36,640 bases of DNA, taken from the IMG/VR virus record IMGVR_UViG_3300040736_000114, positions 1-36,640 of that record. One strand, written 5' to 3'. The position numbers and the translations under genes are program-made. Below are positions 8,491 to 17,576 of this stretch, in pieces. Every line of letters starts with the position of its first letter. Position 1 is the stretch's first letter. This stretch comes from a virus. Lineage: Duplodnaviria > Caudoviricetes. The notes below the pieces were generated by a model that did not search any database, was not told the origin of the DNA, and saw only the letters and a program-made list of their open reading frames with translations.

Positions 8491-8574
8491 TAGTTGTGAA
8501 CCAGGGTCGCCGCCGATAATCGGGCGGGTGTCGTCCACCGGGGGAACCAAAGGGACGCGGAAAGGAGTGGGAAA

Positions 8575-9486
8575 ATGCAGGACATGAACGACATTATAAA
8601 TCCACCAGCGGAAGAAAAGGAAGCTGTGTCCGCGGTCGAGGAGACCGCCGCAAGTGATAGCGCAACTGCCACGGCAGCTGATGAAAAAGAGCAGGTCACG
8701 GGCGAGAAAACTCAGGTCGCCGCTGAGGCCGACGCCGATTCAGGCGTACAGGTGAAGACCGAGCTTGCCGCGCTGACAAAGGAGCGCGAGCGCATCCGCC
8801 AGAAAGAGGCTGCACTCGATGCGGAAAAGGCGGAGCTGGAAGCGGAGAAGCAACGGCTTGCGGGCCAGGGGAGCAAGGCGTCATCGGAGGAAACCGGTGC
8901 AAGGGAAGATTCCGGAGCGGAAAAGAAGGATCTCCGGACGGAACTGAAGGACTTGAACCGGAAGTATCGGGTGGCGTTGCAGGACTCCATGATGGACCCT
9001 GATGATGAGGATGCCGCGCGTCTTGTCGAGGAACTGGAAGACAAGATGGAAGAAGTGCGCGTTGCCATGGTGAATGAGACACAACGCGCCATGAATGACC
9101 GGGAAAAAGCAGAGACCGATTACTGGTCAACCTATAAGGCCCTGCATAATGAGTTTCCATTTCTGTCACCGGACCATCCGCAGGCTGATGCGGATCTGAA
9201 CGATGACATCAATACGTACATAACCGGCAGACTCCAGCAGGGGGATTCGAGAGTCGTCGCCCTTGAGAAGGCCGTCAGGCGCTTTGCGCCTGCATACGCG
9301 GAGCGTATGGGAATCACCAGCGGAGACAGGGGCGGAGCAGAAGAGAGGAAAGAGGAGTCCGGCGATCTGACGAAAAAACTGTCGAAAGGCGGATTTTCCG
9401 AGGTCAGGAGCGCCGGCAGGACACAACAACGAAAAGCCTTTACCGGGCCGACTCCCATGACGGCAATACTGGGGGGCAAAGCCTAG
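8575..9486 (+). CDS. Capsid scaffolding protein
   Basis: Acidic coiled-coil protein (ALTKERERIRQKE) immediately upstream of the capsid gene; AAAGGAG SD. Confidence 0.8.
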   Translation: MQDMNDIINPPAEEKEAVSAVEETAASDSATATAADEKEQVTGEKTQVAAEADADSGVQVKTELAALTKERERIRQKEAALDAEKAELEAEKQRLAGQGSKASSEETGAREDSGAEKKDLRTELKDLNRKYRVALQDSMMDPDDEDAARLVEELEDKMEEVRVAMVNETQRAMNDREKAETDYWSTYKALHNEFPFLSPDHPQADADLNDDINTYITGRLQQGDSRVVALEKAVRRFAPAYAERMGITSGDRGGAEERKEESGDLTKKLSKGGFSEVRSAGRTQQRKAFTGPTPMTAILGGKA

Positions 9487-9530
9487 GTAATTGACCTTTG
9501 CGGGATAACTACCCGCCAGGAGATTACATC

Positions 9531-10628
9531 ATGAGCGAGATCACAATAGCAACAGCGGAACGCGTCGTCCAGTGGGATGACGATTTCTTTACCGGGTATG
9601 TCCGCACCAACCGTTTCAAACGGTACATGGGGACGGACGAAAACGCAATCATCCAGATCAAGGAAAACCTGACGAAGAAAAAGGGTGATGCAATTACCAT
9701 CAACCTGATAGGCGCCCTGGACGCGTCCGCAGGTCCCAACGACGGTTCCACAGACCTGGTGGGCCACGAGAAGGCACTGCCGAACGATGGCCACAAGATT
9801 ACCGTCGGGGTAGTCAGGGACGCAACAGTCGTGAACAACCTGGAAGAGCAGGCTTCACCAATCGATATCCGCAATGCCGGCAAGATAGCGCTGAAAGACC
9901 TTGCCATGAGGTATCTGCGGAACGGTATCATCACTGCCCTTCACACAATCAACGGCGTGGTGTACGGCAGTGCTACCGAAGGGCAGAAAGACGCATGGCT
10001 TGCGGACAACTCCGACCGCGTACTGTTCGGAGCAGCGAAATCGAACAATTCCGGAAACGACCATTCCGCGAGCCTGGCAAACATCAATTCGACGGACGAC
10101 AAACTGACCGGTCCCGTCGTAGAACTCGCCAAGCGAATGGCGCAAACCGCCACCACAGCCAACGGCGACGGCATCCGCCCGTACACCTATGGGGAAGATG
10201 AAGAAACGTACGTCATGTTTGTTCCGTCTTTCGCCTTCCGCGACCTGCGGGACTGGATGGTGTCGAACGGCCATTGGGACCAGGCGCTGGAACGGAGCGA
10301 GAAAAACCCGCTGTTCTCCGGTCCTACCTCCATCGTATGGGACGGCGTAATCGTCCGGGAAATCCCTGAAATGCCGGTGCTCTCCGGCGTTGGGGCCGAA
10401 GGTATTGATGTCGCTCCCTGCTTTCTGTGCGGGGCGCAGGCGCTGGGTGTTGTATGGGCGCAGCGGACAAAGACCACCGTTCGCAAAGAAGACGACTATG
10501 GGTACCGCCAGGGTGTCGGCTTCCAGGAGCTCCGGGGCATTGAGAAACTCCAGCGGGGCAAGGGCGGAGCGGATGCCGTTGACTGGGCGGTGTGCACCGT
10601 CTACGTGAGCGGCGAAGCCGATGCCTGA
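9531..10628 (+). CDS. Major capsid protein, N4-gp56/DUF4043-like
   Basis: FKRYMGTDENAIIQIKENLTKKKGDAIT, NPLFSG...WDGVIVRE, FLCGAQAL, DDYG; AGGAG SD before ATG 9531. Confidence 0.9.
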   Translation: MSEITIATAERVVQWDDDFFTGYVRTNRFKRYMGTDENAIIQIKENLTKKKGDAITINLIGALDASAGPNDGSTDLVGHEKALPNDGHKITVGVVRDATVVNNLEEQASPIDIRNAGKIALKDLAMRYLRNGIITALHTINGVVYGSATEGQKDAWLADNSDRVLFGAAKSNNSGNDHSASLANINSTDDKLTGPVVELAKRMAQTATTANGDGIRPYTYGEDEETYVMFVPSFAFRDLRDWMVSNGHWDQALERSEKNPLFSGPTSIVWDGVIVREIPEMPVLSGVGAEGIDVAPCFLCGAQALGVVWAQRTKTTVRKEDDYGYRQGVGFQELRGIEKLQRGKGGADAVDWAVCTVYVSGEADA

Positions 10629-10653
10629 GAATCAGAAGAAGTGAGTTGAAATC

Positions 10654-10682
10654 GCGGGGAAGGCTGTAAAGGCCTCCCCCGC
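10654..10682 (+). other. GC-rich hairpin after the capsid gene (no U-tract)
   Basis: GCGGGG...AGGC / GCCT...CCCCGC. Confidence 0.5.
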
Positions 10683-10708
10683 AACGTAGACCGGTGGGGG
10701 GCTTACTT

Positions 10709-11401
10709 ATGACGTTTGCGGAAATCGAAGAACTGACACGGTACGAAATCTGTGACGAGACAGGAATCAACCCGGAGGATTTCAGGGTGAAACCGGCACA
10801 GATGCTCGCCTACGCCAATGAGGCCGAGCTGGAGGCCTGCATCAGGGCGCGTTTGCTTCGTGACTCATCTACTCCGGCAATCTGTCAGATAGCGGTCAGT
10901 TCCGGCATTTCCGTCTATGACTACGACCCTCGCATCATTCTCATTTTGAGGGGAAGGATGACGGGCGCAATCGAACCGTTTGCAAGAGTGAGTCATACGA
11001 TGATGGATAGACGTCTTCCTGGGTGGCAAGAACGGTGCGGAGAGCCGCAGGCATTCGTCACAGGGATGGATACCGGGAAAATACGGTTTGACCGTATTCC
11101 ATCGGCGGCAGGCACCCTCAACCTGTCAGTGTCGAGGGGACCCCTTACGCCCATGAAGGCGACAAAGGATTCACCGGAGATACATAGCCGCCTGCATCCT
11201 GCCCTCATCTTCTGGATAAAGCACAAGGTCTATAACAATCAGGACTCGGAACTGTTCGACAAAAACCGTTCGGATATCCATCTTGCCGCGTTTGAACAGA
11301 AATTCGGAAAAAGCCCAACGGATCCTTACGACGTTTTTGCGGCCATGGAATTTACCGATTATGTCCCTGGATCGGAGTTTTACGGCGAGGACTACTATTA
11401 A
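10709..11401 (+). CDS. Head-tail adaptor protein
   Basis: YANEAELEACIRARLLRDS...PEIH..LH.AL..W..HK.Y...D.E.FD pattern; position after the capsid gene. Confidence 0.75.
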   Translation: MTFAEIEELTRYEICDETGINPEDFRVKPAQMLAYANEAELEACIRARLLRDSSTPAICQIAVSSGISVYDYDPRIILILRGRMTGAIEPFARVSHTMMDRRLPGWQERCGEPQAFVTGMDTGKIRFDRIPSAAGTLNLSVSRGPLTPMKATKDSPEIHSRLHPALIFWIKHKVYNNQDSELFDKNRSDIHLAAFEQKFGKSPTDPYDVFAAMEFTDYVPGSEFYGEDYY

Positions 11402-11424
11402 ACGACACTTGGAGTTTTCACGGC

Positions 11425-12816
11425 ATGCCCACCATCACCTACAAACACTACGGCCGCAACAACGTCGATGACGTGCTCAACGTCGGCGCTCCGGTCCCGA
11501 ATATCAGACAGTTGATATTCACCGAGGCGGTGGACCTGGTGAACGCGGACCCGGACAACGACGGCGGCTGTTCCCTGCGGACCGGCTTCGTCAAGCGGTA
11601 CATCGGCAATGTGCGGAGCATGTTTTCCGATAACGAGATCATCCTGTTCCACGAAGGAACGGCGTTGAAGCGGTTCAACCCGGATACCTACGGGTCTACG
11701 TTCATCAACATCAACGTGCAGAGCGGGGCCGACGTAGCGTATCAGGACGTGAATGGGCTCATCGTATGGTCCGACGGGACCATTATCCGCAAGGTTTACG
11801 GCGGGACGGATTATCCGCTGACCGCTCCAACGGCGGCATTGAAGGTGGCTACCCCTCCAGGCCGCTGTTTTGCCATGTTCCAGCAGCATCTCCTCGTCGG
11901 CCAGGCTGACGGGTTTGTTGTCACGGACCCGGAAACCGTTGACGAGATGGATTCGCGGCAGTGCTATTTTCCCATGGGTGGCCCGGCAATAGATATTCTG
12001 CCGGTTGACGGCGGGCTGTATGTGTCGCTGGATACCTCCACCTATTTCGTGGAAGGTCACGGGCTCCCGCAATGGTTGCAGCCTGGGGCGGTGCGCAAGG
12101 TGCTGGACGTGCCCATGATACCGGGGGCGGGGATAACGCTCAAAGGGGAACAGACCGGTCTCAAGGACGTTACCGGCAATATTTGCATGTTCGCCACTTC
12201 CATCGGGTACTGCTACGGCCTGCCCGGTGGAGTCATCATCACGACTCGGGACAAGGTGCGGCCAGGCACGTTCGTGGCCGGTACCGCGCTGCTCCGCGAG
12301 CAGGACGGCATGCGGCACTATCTGGCGGTTCTCCGCACGGCTGCCGGCGCGTTTCACGGGGAGGTGGTCAACGTCAAGACGCAGGGGGCGGCGCGGTATG
12401 CAGGGTACGATTTCCGGTCTGTCGTGAGCTATCAGGGGCGTCTGTTCGGATGCAATGCAAACGGGATATACGAGTTGACCGGGGCGACCGATGACGGCGT
12501 TGCGATAGAGGCCAGCGGCCTGAGCGGCGTGTCGACCTGCGGAAGCGATACGGTCCAGTATTTCCCCTATGCCTATTTGACCGGGCGCTGTGAGGGAGAG
12601 ATGGAATTCACGCTGACGGTGAACGAGAGCAAGACAATCTCCTACCCGGTTACCTGGGGCAAGGGGAAAGAGGGTGTTCACCGGAAGCCGCGAAAGCTGG
12701 CCGGTGGCGTAAAGGGGGGCCAGGCCCAAATCGGCTGGCGGTACGTGAAAGGCTGCGATTTCTATCTGCAGCAGGTGGAGCTGGAAACGGCTCCGACTCA
12801 TAAGCGGGCGGGGTGA
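11425..12816 (+). CDS. Probable tail nozzle/stabilisation protein (beta-propeller-like)
   Basis: 463 aa beta-rich protein starting with the EAVDLVNAD...G..SLR.G pattern; podovirus gene order. Confidence 0.55.
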   Translation: MPTITYKHYGRNNVDDVLNVGAPVPNIRQLIFTEAVDLVNADPDNDGGCSLRTGFVKRYIGNVRSMFSDNEIILFHEGTALKRFNPDTYGSTFININVQSGADVAYQDVNGLIVWSDGTIIRKVYGGTDYPLTAPTAALKVATPPGRCFAMFQQHLLVGQADGFVVTDPETVDEMDSRQCYFPMGGPAIDILPVDGGLYVSLDTSTYFVEGHGLPQWLQPGAVRKVLDVPMIPGAGITLKGEQTGLKDVTGNICMFATSIGYCYGLPGGVIITTRDKVRPGTFVAGTALLREQDGMRHYLAVLRTAAGAFHGEVVNVKTQGAARYAGYDFRSVVSYQGRLFGCNANGIYELTGATDDGVAIEASGLSGVSTCGSDTVQYFPYAYLTGRCEGEMEFTLTVNESKTISYPVTWGKGKEGVHRKPRKLAGGVKGGQAQIGWRYVKGCDFYLQQVELETAPTHKRAG

Positions 12817-12818
12817 AT

Positions 12819-13037
12819 ATGAGCATTATTCTGATGGCATTGATCCTTGCGGTTCTGGCGTATGCGCTCGGCTTCCTGCAGGGCGGCAGGTTTGGCTGGA
12901 AATCAGCAACTTTCAACGCAGTTAAAGAATACTACGATTCGGTGTTTCAGAAAAACGAAAAGCGGATTGCCGCGGCAAATAATCTGGCTGAAGAATGGGC
13001 AACCAGAATCAGGGAGATTGCTGATGGCCGACATTGA
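12819..13037 (+). CDS. Small single-TM membrane protein
   Basis: Hydrophobic N-terminus followed by a helical tail; fills the gap between tail genes. Confidence 0.55.
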   Translation: MSIILMALILAVLAYALGFLQGGRFGWKSATFNAVKEYYDSVFQKNEKRIAAANNLAEEWATRIREIADGRH

Positions 13038-14187
13038 CAGCTTTACCACATACGTTCAGGGCAAGCTGACGGACGTAATTGCCGCCGCTGGTTCTGCCGT
13101 TGGCGACCTGGAGAATATCGCGGAAGGGTACGTTGACTTTTTTAATTTTAATCCGCTGCCGACCTATGACGATTCGGACCAGATGGTGAACTATACCCCG
13201 GCAAATGTGACGCTCGGGGCCGTGACGCCGTTTACCAAACCGACTGTACCGACCATGGATTTTTCCGACCTGGCCGACCCCGGAACATTGAGCCCGTTCG
13301 TGAAGCCCACGATTACCGGATTTGCTCCGGAGGCGTTCGACCCTGACACGGTTGACGGTGAAATAGCATCCATCGCGGCGAAGATTGTGGCGTTCATCGA
13401 CTCCGGTGGACCGGGCATCAGCGACGCTACACAGACGGCCCTGATGAATAGCATGCGCGCGCGTGACCTCCAGACCCTCGATGACGTGCTGCTCAGGATT
13501 CGACAGGAAAACAGCATGTCAGGCTGGCCGCGATCGAACTCCATCACCGAGGCCGCCGAGGCGGAACACCGCAAAAAATACCAAGACACCTACGACAACC
13601 GGAGCAGTGAGATACTGGCGCTCATGACCGAACGGGCGCATCAGACAGCCATGAACGGGCTGAATGCTGGCGTGCAGACCACGCAAATCAAGTCCAACCT
13701 GAAATCGGATGTCTGGAAACTCTACTATGCCATGCAAGGCCTCATCCTCGATAAGTTCAAGACGGAGGTCTCGGGCGAAGTTTCCCGTGTCGAAAGTGAC
13801 CTGAAAAAGATTCTCGGTGATTACGACCTGCTCAAGTCCAAGGTGCTGACTGAAAACGGCGTCAAGTTAGACCTGTTCAAGGTCGAGACGCAAGGCGAAG
13901 AGACCCGTGTACGGAGCGATACGGCGCTTGAGGAGACGAAAGCCAATATCAGCCTCAAATCCAACGACAACCTCCTTAATGCCGCATTGGGTGAGGTCCG
14001 GGCGCAGCTGGAGAAATGGGCGAAAACGGCGGACCAACTCACCGAGCGAGGGAAAGCCAATATCCAACAGTTGACTTCCGAAAACTCGGTCCGCGTACAT
14101 GCCGGGGCGCAGCAGGCCGAATACTACAAAGCGTTGATCATCGCCTGTGCTCAGATGGTGAATACCATCCAGAGCAAGAAGACCTGA
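13024..14187 (+). CDS. Coiled-coil virion protein (internal/ejection-like)
   Basis: GGGAG SD, ATG 13024; Pro-rich N-terminus then long helical region. Confidence 0.65.
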   Translation: MADIDSFTTYVQGKLTDVIAAAGSAVGDLENIAEGYVDFFNFNPLPTYDDSDQMVNYTPANVTLGAVTPFTKPTVPTMDFSDLADPGTLSPFVKPTITGFAPEAFDPDTVDGEIASIAAKIVAFIDSGGPGISDATQTALMNSMRARDLQTLDDVLLRIRQENSMSGWPRSNSITEAAEAEHRKKYQDTYDNRSSEILALMTERAHQTAMNGLNAGVQTTQIKSNLKSDVWKLYYAMQGLILDKFKTEVSGEVSRVESDLKKILGDYDLLKSKVLTENGVKLDLFKVETQGEETRVRSDTALEETKANISLKSNDNLLNAALGEVRAQLEKWAKTADQLTERGKANIQQLTSENSVRVHAGAQQAEYYKALIIACAQMVNTIQSKKT

Positions 14188-14189
14188 CC

Positions 14190-14495
14190 ATGAGCATCCT
14201 GCCTGATTGGCTCGGAGGGGGCGGTTTTATCGCGGTGGCGGCCAACCCTCCCGTGGGAGCCACGGACATAAGCTATGCCCGGCGACCGCCGACTGTGGCG
14301 CTCCTCTCGTTCTCCGGGGTGACGCATGGCCCGGCCTGTCCAATAGGGGCCGGATATATCGGAGTGACCCGGCCTGCAGCAATCAACGCGGCGGCATACC
14401 TGGTTCAGGAACGATACCCAACCGCACCCATGGCGGCACGGATAGTCGTTGCGGTTTTATATCCGCCGTCTGTTTCCAATCTTTCATACCAGTAG
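14190..14495 (+). CDS. Hypothetical virion-module protein
   Basis: ATG 2 nt after the previous stop; fills the gap to the next RBS. Confidence 0.5.
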   Translation: MSILPDWLGGGGFIAVAANPPVGATDISYARRPPTVALLSFSGVTHGPACPIGAGYIGVTRPAAINAAAYLVQERYPTAPMAARIVVAVLYPPSVSNLSYQ

Positions 14496-14503
14496 GAGGC
14501 GCC

Positions 14504-15061
14504 ATGTCCGCCACTATTCAATTTCAGATTCCCGCTCCAGCCGCAGGGGAGGACACCCCGGTTTCCGTCGTCTGGTACGACTCGGCTGACGGTGTTGCTT
14601 ACGCAGAGCTTGGCGAGGAATTGATTGCCAACCTGACCTATGACGCAGGAACGCAGTTGTACGCGTGGACACTGGCGGCGGCCAGCACTGCACGCTACCA
14701 GCTCATCAAGACCAAGAGCGCGGGCGGCATCGAATCGTTCTCCGGCGCGTTCCTCCCGCCTCTCCCGAGCAATCCGGCGTTGCAAAGCCTGTACGGGAGC
14801 GCCAAGGAGTTCGGAGCCGCGACCTGGAGTGCCGGCGATACCGTGGAAATGACCCTGTTCCGGGAACAGATTGGCAATGGTGTCATCCTGGAACCGGTGA
14901 CCAGGACCGCTACCGTAGACGCCAACGGCCAGTTCGTGCTGACCCCGGACAAGGGGGTAGAGATCGCGGTCCAGGTGAAGAACGTCACCACCGGTAAAAC
15001 GTATTTCTCCAAGAGTTTCGTGGTGGACACGGAAGACCAGAAAAACATCAAGGATTACTGA
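14504..15061 (+). CDS. Beta-rich (Ig/FN3-like) virion protein
   Basis: AGGAGG SD; two beta-sandwich-like halves. Confidence 0.65.
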   Translation: MSATIQFQIPAPAAGEDTPVSVVWYDSADGVAYAELGEELIANLTYDAGTQLYAWTLAAASTARYQLIKTKSAGGIESFSGAFLPPLPSNPALQSLYGSAKEFGAATWSAGDTVEMTLFREQIGNGVILEPVTRTATVDANGQFVLTPDKGVEIAVQVKNVTTGKTYFSKSFVVDTEDQKNIKDY

Positions 15062-15063
15062 GC

Positions 15064-15393
15064 ATGTTTGCGCTGCCTAAGTGGATAACCGATATCAAGA
15101 AATTGTTCGGAACGGCCAACGGGAAGGTGCTGGGCCGTGTCGATGGTGCATGGGCGTTTCTTTCGTCGTTCGCGCCGTCGGCCCATAAAAGCAGCCATGC
15201 GACCGTCGGGGGTGACGCGTTAAGCCCTTCCGATATCGGGGCGGCGTCGGCGGAAAGCGAGCATACGCACGACAACATTGAGAGCCTGGACAAGGTGGGA
15301 GAATTCGACGGGGTGCCGACATGGGATGGTAATAGTTGGCCGGGCAGCGGGTCTTGCCCTGATTACATATTGCAGGACAGGGGGATAATCTGA
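15064..15393 (+). CDS. Short tail-fibre-like protein
   Basis: SAHKSSHATVGGDALSPSDIGAA and HTHDN fibre motifs. Confidence 0.6.
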   Translation: MFALPKWITDIKKLFGTANGKVLGRVDGAWAFLSSFAPSAHKSSHATVGGDALSPSDIGAASAESEHTHDNIESLDKVGEFDGVPTWDGNSWPGSGSCPDYILQDRGII

Positions 15394-15776
15394 TGGGTAC
15401 GACAGCGCAATACGCCGCCACTCCGGCAACGGCCATGGCGCAAATCAGCGCGGCCAATACCAATCGGGACGGTACAGGCACGATTGTGGATGTGCTGCTG
15501 GCCGGGACGAATGGGACTCGGGTCGATGATATATCAATAGCCGCAACTGGCACCGTGACCGCCGGAGTTGTGAGACTCTTTCTGAACGATGGGACGAACT
15601 CGCGGCTTTGGAAGGAAGTGCTTGTGACTGCGACAACTCCATCCACCAGCGTTGCTGTCTGGTCGGCGACACTGCCGAATTTAGCACTGGTTCTTAAATC
15701 CGGTTGGAAACTCCAGGCGGCGACGCATAACGCAGAAACATTCAATGTGATTGCGACAAGAGCAGGAGATTTCTGA
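15393..15776 (+). CDS. Tail-fibre-associated protein
   Basis: ISAANTNRDGTGT...AGTNGTRVDDI..ATGT.TAG.VRLF...GGDF-type ending, a pattern I associate with phage tail modules. Confidence 0.65.
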   Translation: MGTTAQYAATPATAMAQISAANTNRDGTGTIVDVLLAGTNGTRVDDISIAATGTVTAGVVRLFLNDGTNSRLWKEVLVTATTPSTSVAVWSATLPNLALVLKSGWKLQAATHNAETFNVIATRAGDF

Positions 15777-16307
15777 ATGAATAACGGACTATTTCCAGGC
15801 TGTGCCAGGTCGGATACCATATTCAAAACAATATTGGAGAATCAGGCGACAGATATCTATGTTCCTGTTCCCGATATGCGGCAGGCCGGGGCACTTGTCT
15901 TTTCTCTGGATATCCCGGCATATAATGGTGCATATGGTTTTGTAAGGCTGTATGTTGACGACGATTACACTGATGGCAACTATCAGTGCATGTATAGCGG
16001 AGCTCAATGGGCTGGGTCGGTCGTGTCGGCTGATGGGCACTGGAATGGGCCTGGTATAGGATTCCGACAACAAAACCGTGAGTGCATGATCCGCGGAGTC
16101 ATTACGTTAATCGGCAACAAAATTTTGTGCAATACAATAACATCCAGGATCAATAGCGCCAGTGATAATTCATTTACACTGCGTCAGGATTATGCGTGGT
16201 TCTATTCACAGGCACTGGTAACCCCGCGGGTATTACGATTCAACAGCGAAGTTGCAAACGGGTTTCAGCCGTTGACTGCGCTGAAAGTATGGCGGGAGGC
16301 TGCATGA
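15777..16307 (+). CDS. Putative receptor-binding/tail tip domain protein
   Basis: Beta-rich, aromatic, visibly lower GC than its neighbours. Confidence 0.55.
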   Translation: MNNGLFPGCARSDTIFKTILENQATDIYVPVPDMRQAGALVFSLDIPAYNGAYGFVRLYVDDDYTDGNYQCMYSGAQWAGSVVSADGHWNGPGIGFRQQNRECMIRGVITLIGNKILCNTITSRINSASDNSFTLRQDYAWFYSQALVTPRVLRFNSEVANGFQPLTALKVWREAA

Positions 16308-16316
16308 CTAGCGGAG

Positions 16317-17576
16317 ATGTATATGCTCTCCTTCTTTGATGGATACGAATCCGGCATTGCCGCCGCTGTCCGCCTACGCAACGCCGCTCGCCAGTACTGG
16401 GATTTCACGGCCCTGCAATGGGTAGCTAGCCAGAGCGCGGATACTCGCCTGAATTATGCGGAGTCCGCAAACGGCGACGGAACGAGCCTCTATGTCGTGG
16501 GAGTGACCGTACCGACAGGCGGACCCTGGATTCAGGAGGCGTTCATCGTGTCAACAGGTGAGGTGCTGGCCGTCGACACGACCGCGATTGATTCACCCTT
16601 GTCCGAATCCGTCACCCCTCCGACCGTCACGGAAATACGGCAGGAAATGGACGCGAACAGCACGAAACTGGCGAACCTCGATGTCGCGGTATCCACCCGT
16701 TCCACCTATGCCAGTGGCCCGGTGGAATCCGTGCTCGGGGCGGTCGGGAGCGTTACCGGGGCGGTCGGGAGCGTGACGGCTCCGGTAACCGTAGGGACCA
16801 ATAACGACAAGACCGGATACGCATTGTCCACGGCGTCGATTCTGGCGATATGGAACCAGGCCACGGCTGCGGCCGGTATCCTGGTCAACACGTTCGGGGC
16901 AAAGCTCCGGGACTGGATGCTCGGAACGGACAATAAGGCGCTCGTCTCCACGGACGCACAGGATCTCTCGGCAACATTCAATGTCGCCGCTAAAGTGGTA
17001 GAGGACAAAACGGGGTATGCGCTGACGGCGGCCTACGATGCAGCCAAGACGGCTGCGACCCAAGCGAGTGTTAACGCGATACCGACAGCTCCGCTCCTGG
17101 CCGCAGACGTACGACTAGACCATCTGGACGCCGATATCTCCGCAATACCGACAACTCCTCTACTGGCCGGCAACTACACGGCTCCGGACAACGCCTCGAT
17201 AACGGCGATTCTTACCGCGCTGCAGAACGCCACCTACGGGCTGGCCCGACTGGATACCGAGATTGACGCTATCACTACGGCCCTGTCGTCTCTCTCGACC
17301 AATACGGACATGCAGACACTCCTCGGCAGGCTGACGAGTGCCCGGGCTCTCCTGATTGACAATCTTCAATACCTCACGGCGACTCCAGGGCTTACGGCAG
17401 AACAGGTGGATATACTCACGGAGGCGAGGGATGAGGCGAAAATGTCCCGCAAACTGGACAGCAACAAAGCCGTCATCTCCAATGACGGTCTCTCGGTCTC
17501 GTATTATGACGACGATGGAGTAACGGTCTTGTGGACATTCTCGATCCCGGACAACAAGCACAGAATCCCGGCGTAA
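16317..17576 (+). CDS. Ala/Thr-rich tail fibre-like protein
   Basis: Internal repeats GAVGSVT x2, DKTGYAL x2, AIPT.PLLA x2. Confidence 0.65.
   Translation: MYMLSFFDGYESGIAAAVRLRNAARQYWDFTALQWVASQSADTRLNYAESANGDGTSLYVVGVTVPTGGPWIQEAFIVSTGEVLAVDTTAIDSPLSESVTPPTVTEIRQEMDANSTKLANLDVAVSTRSTYASGPVESVLGAVGSVTGAVGSVTAPVTVGTNNDKTGYALSTASILAIWNQATAAAGILVNTFGAKLRDWMLGTDNKALVSTDAQDLSATFNVAAKVVEDKTGYALTAAYDAAKTAATQASVNAIPTAPLLAADVRLDHLDADISAIPTTPLLAGNYTAPDNASITAILTALQNATYGLARLDTEIDAITTALSSLSTNTDMQTLLGRLTSARALLIDNLQYLTATPGLTAEQVDILTEARDEAKMSRKLDSNKAVISNDGLSVSYYDDDGVTVLWTFSIPDNKHRIPA
16736..16777. repeat. 21-bp in-frame tandem repeat
   Basis: CGGGGCGGTCGGGAGCGT(T/G)AC twice, encoding GAVGSVT. Confidence 0.8.

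Noticed and set aside
10654-10682. Intrinsic terminator after the capsid gene
   Set aside because: The hairpin lacks a U-tract on either strand; kept only as a possible mRNA-stabilising stem.
11398-12801. Long minus-strand ORFs (467 aa here; also 6308-7144, 7160-8074 and others)
   Set aside because: Antisense shadows of GC-rich + strand genes, with no recognisable motifs or RBS.
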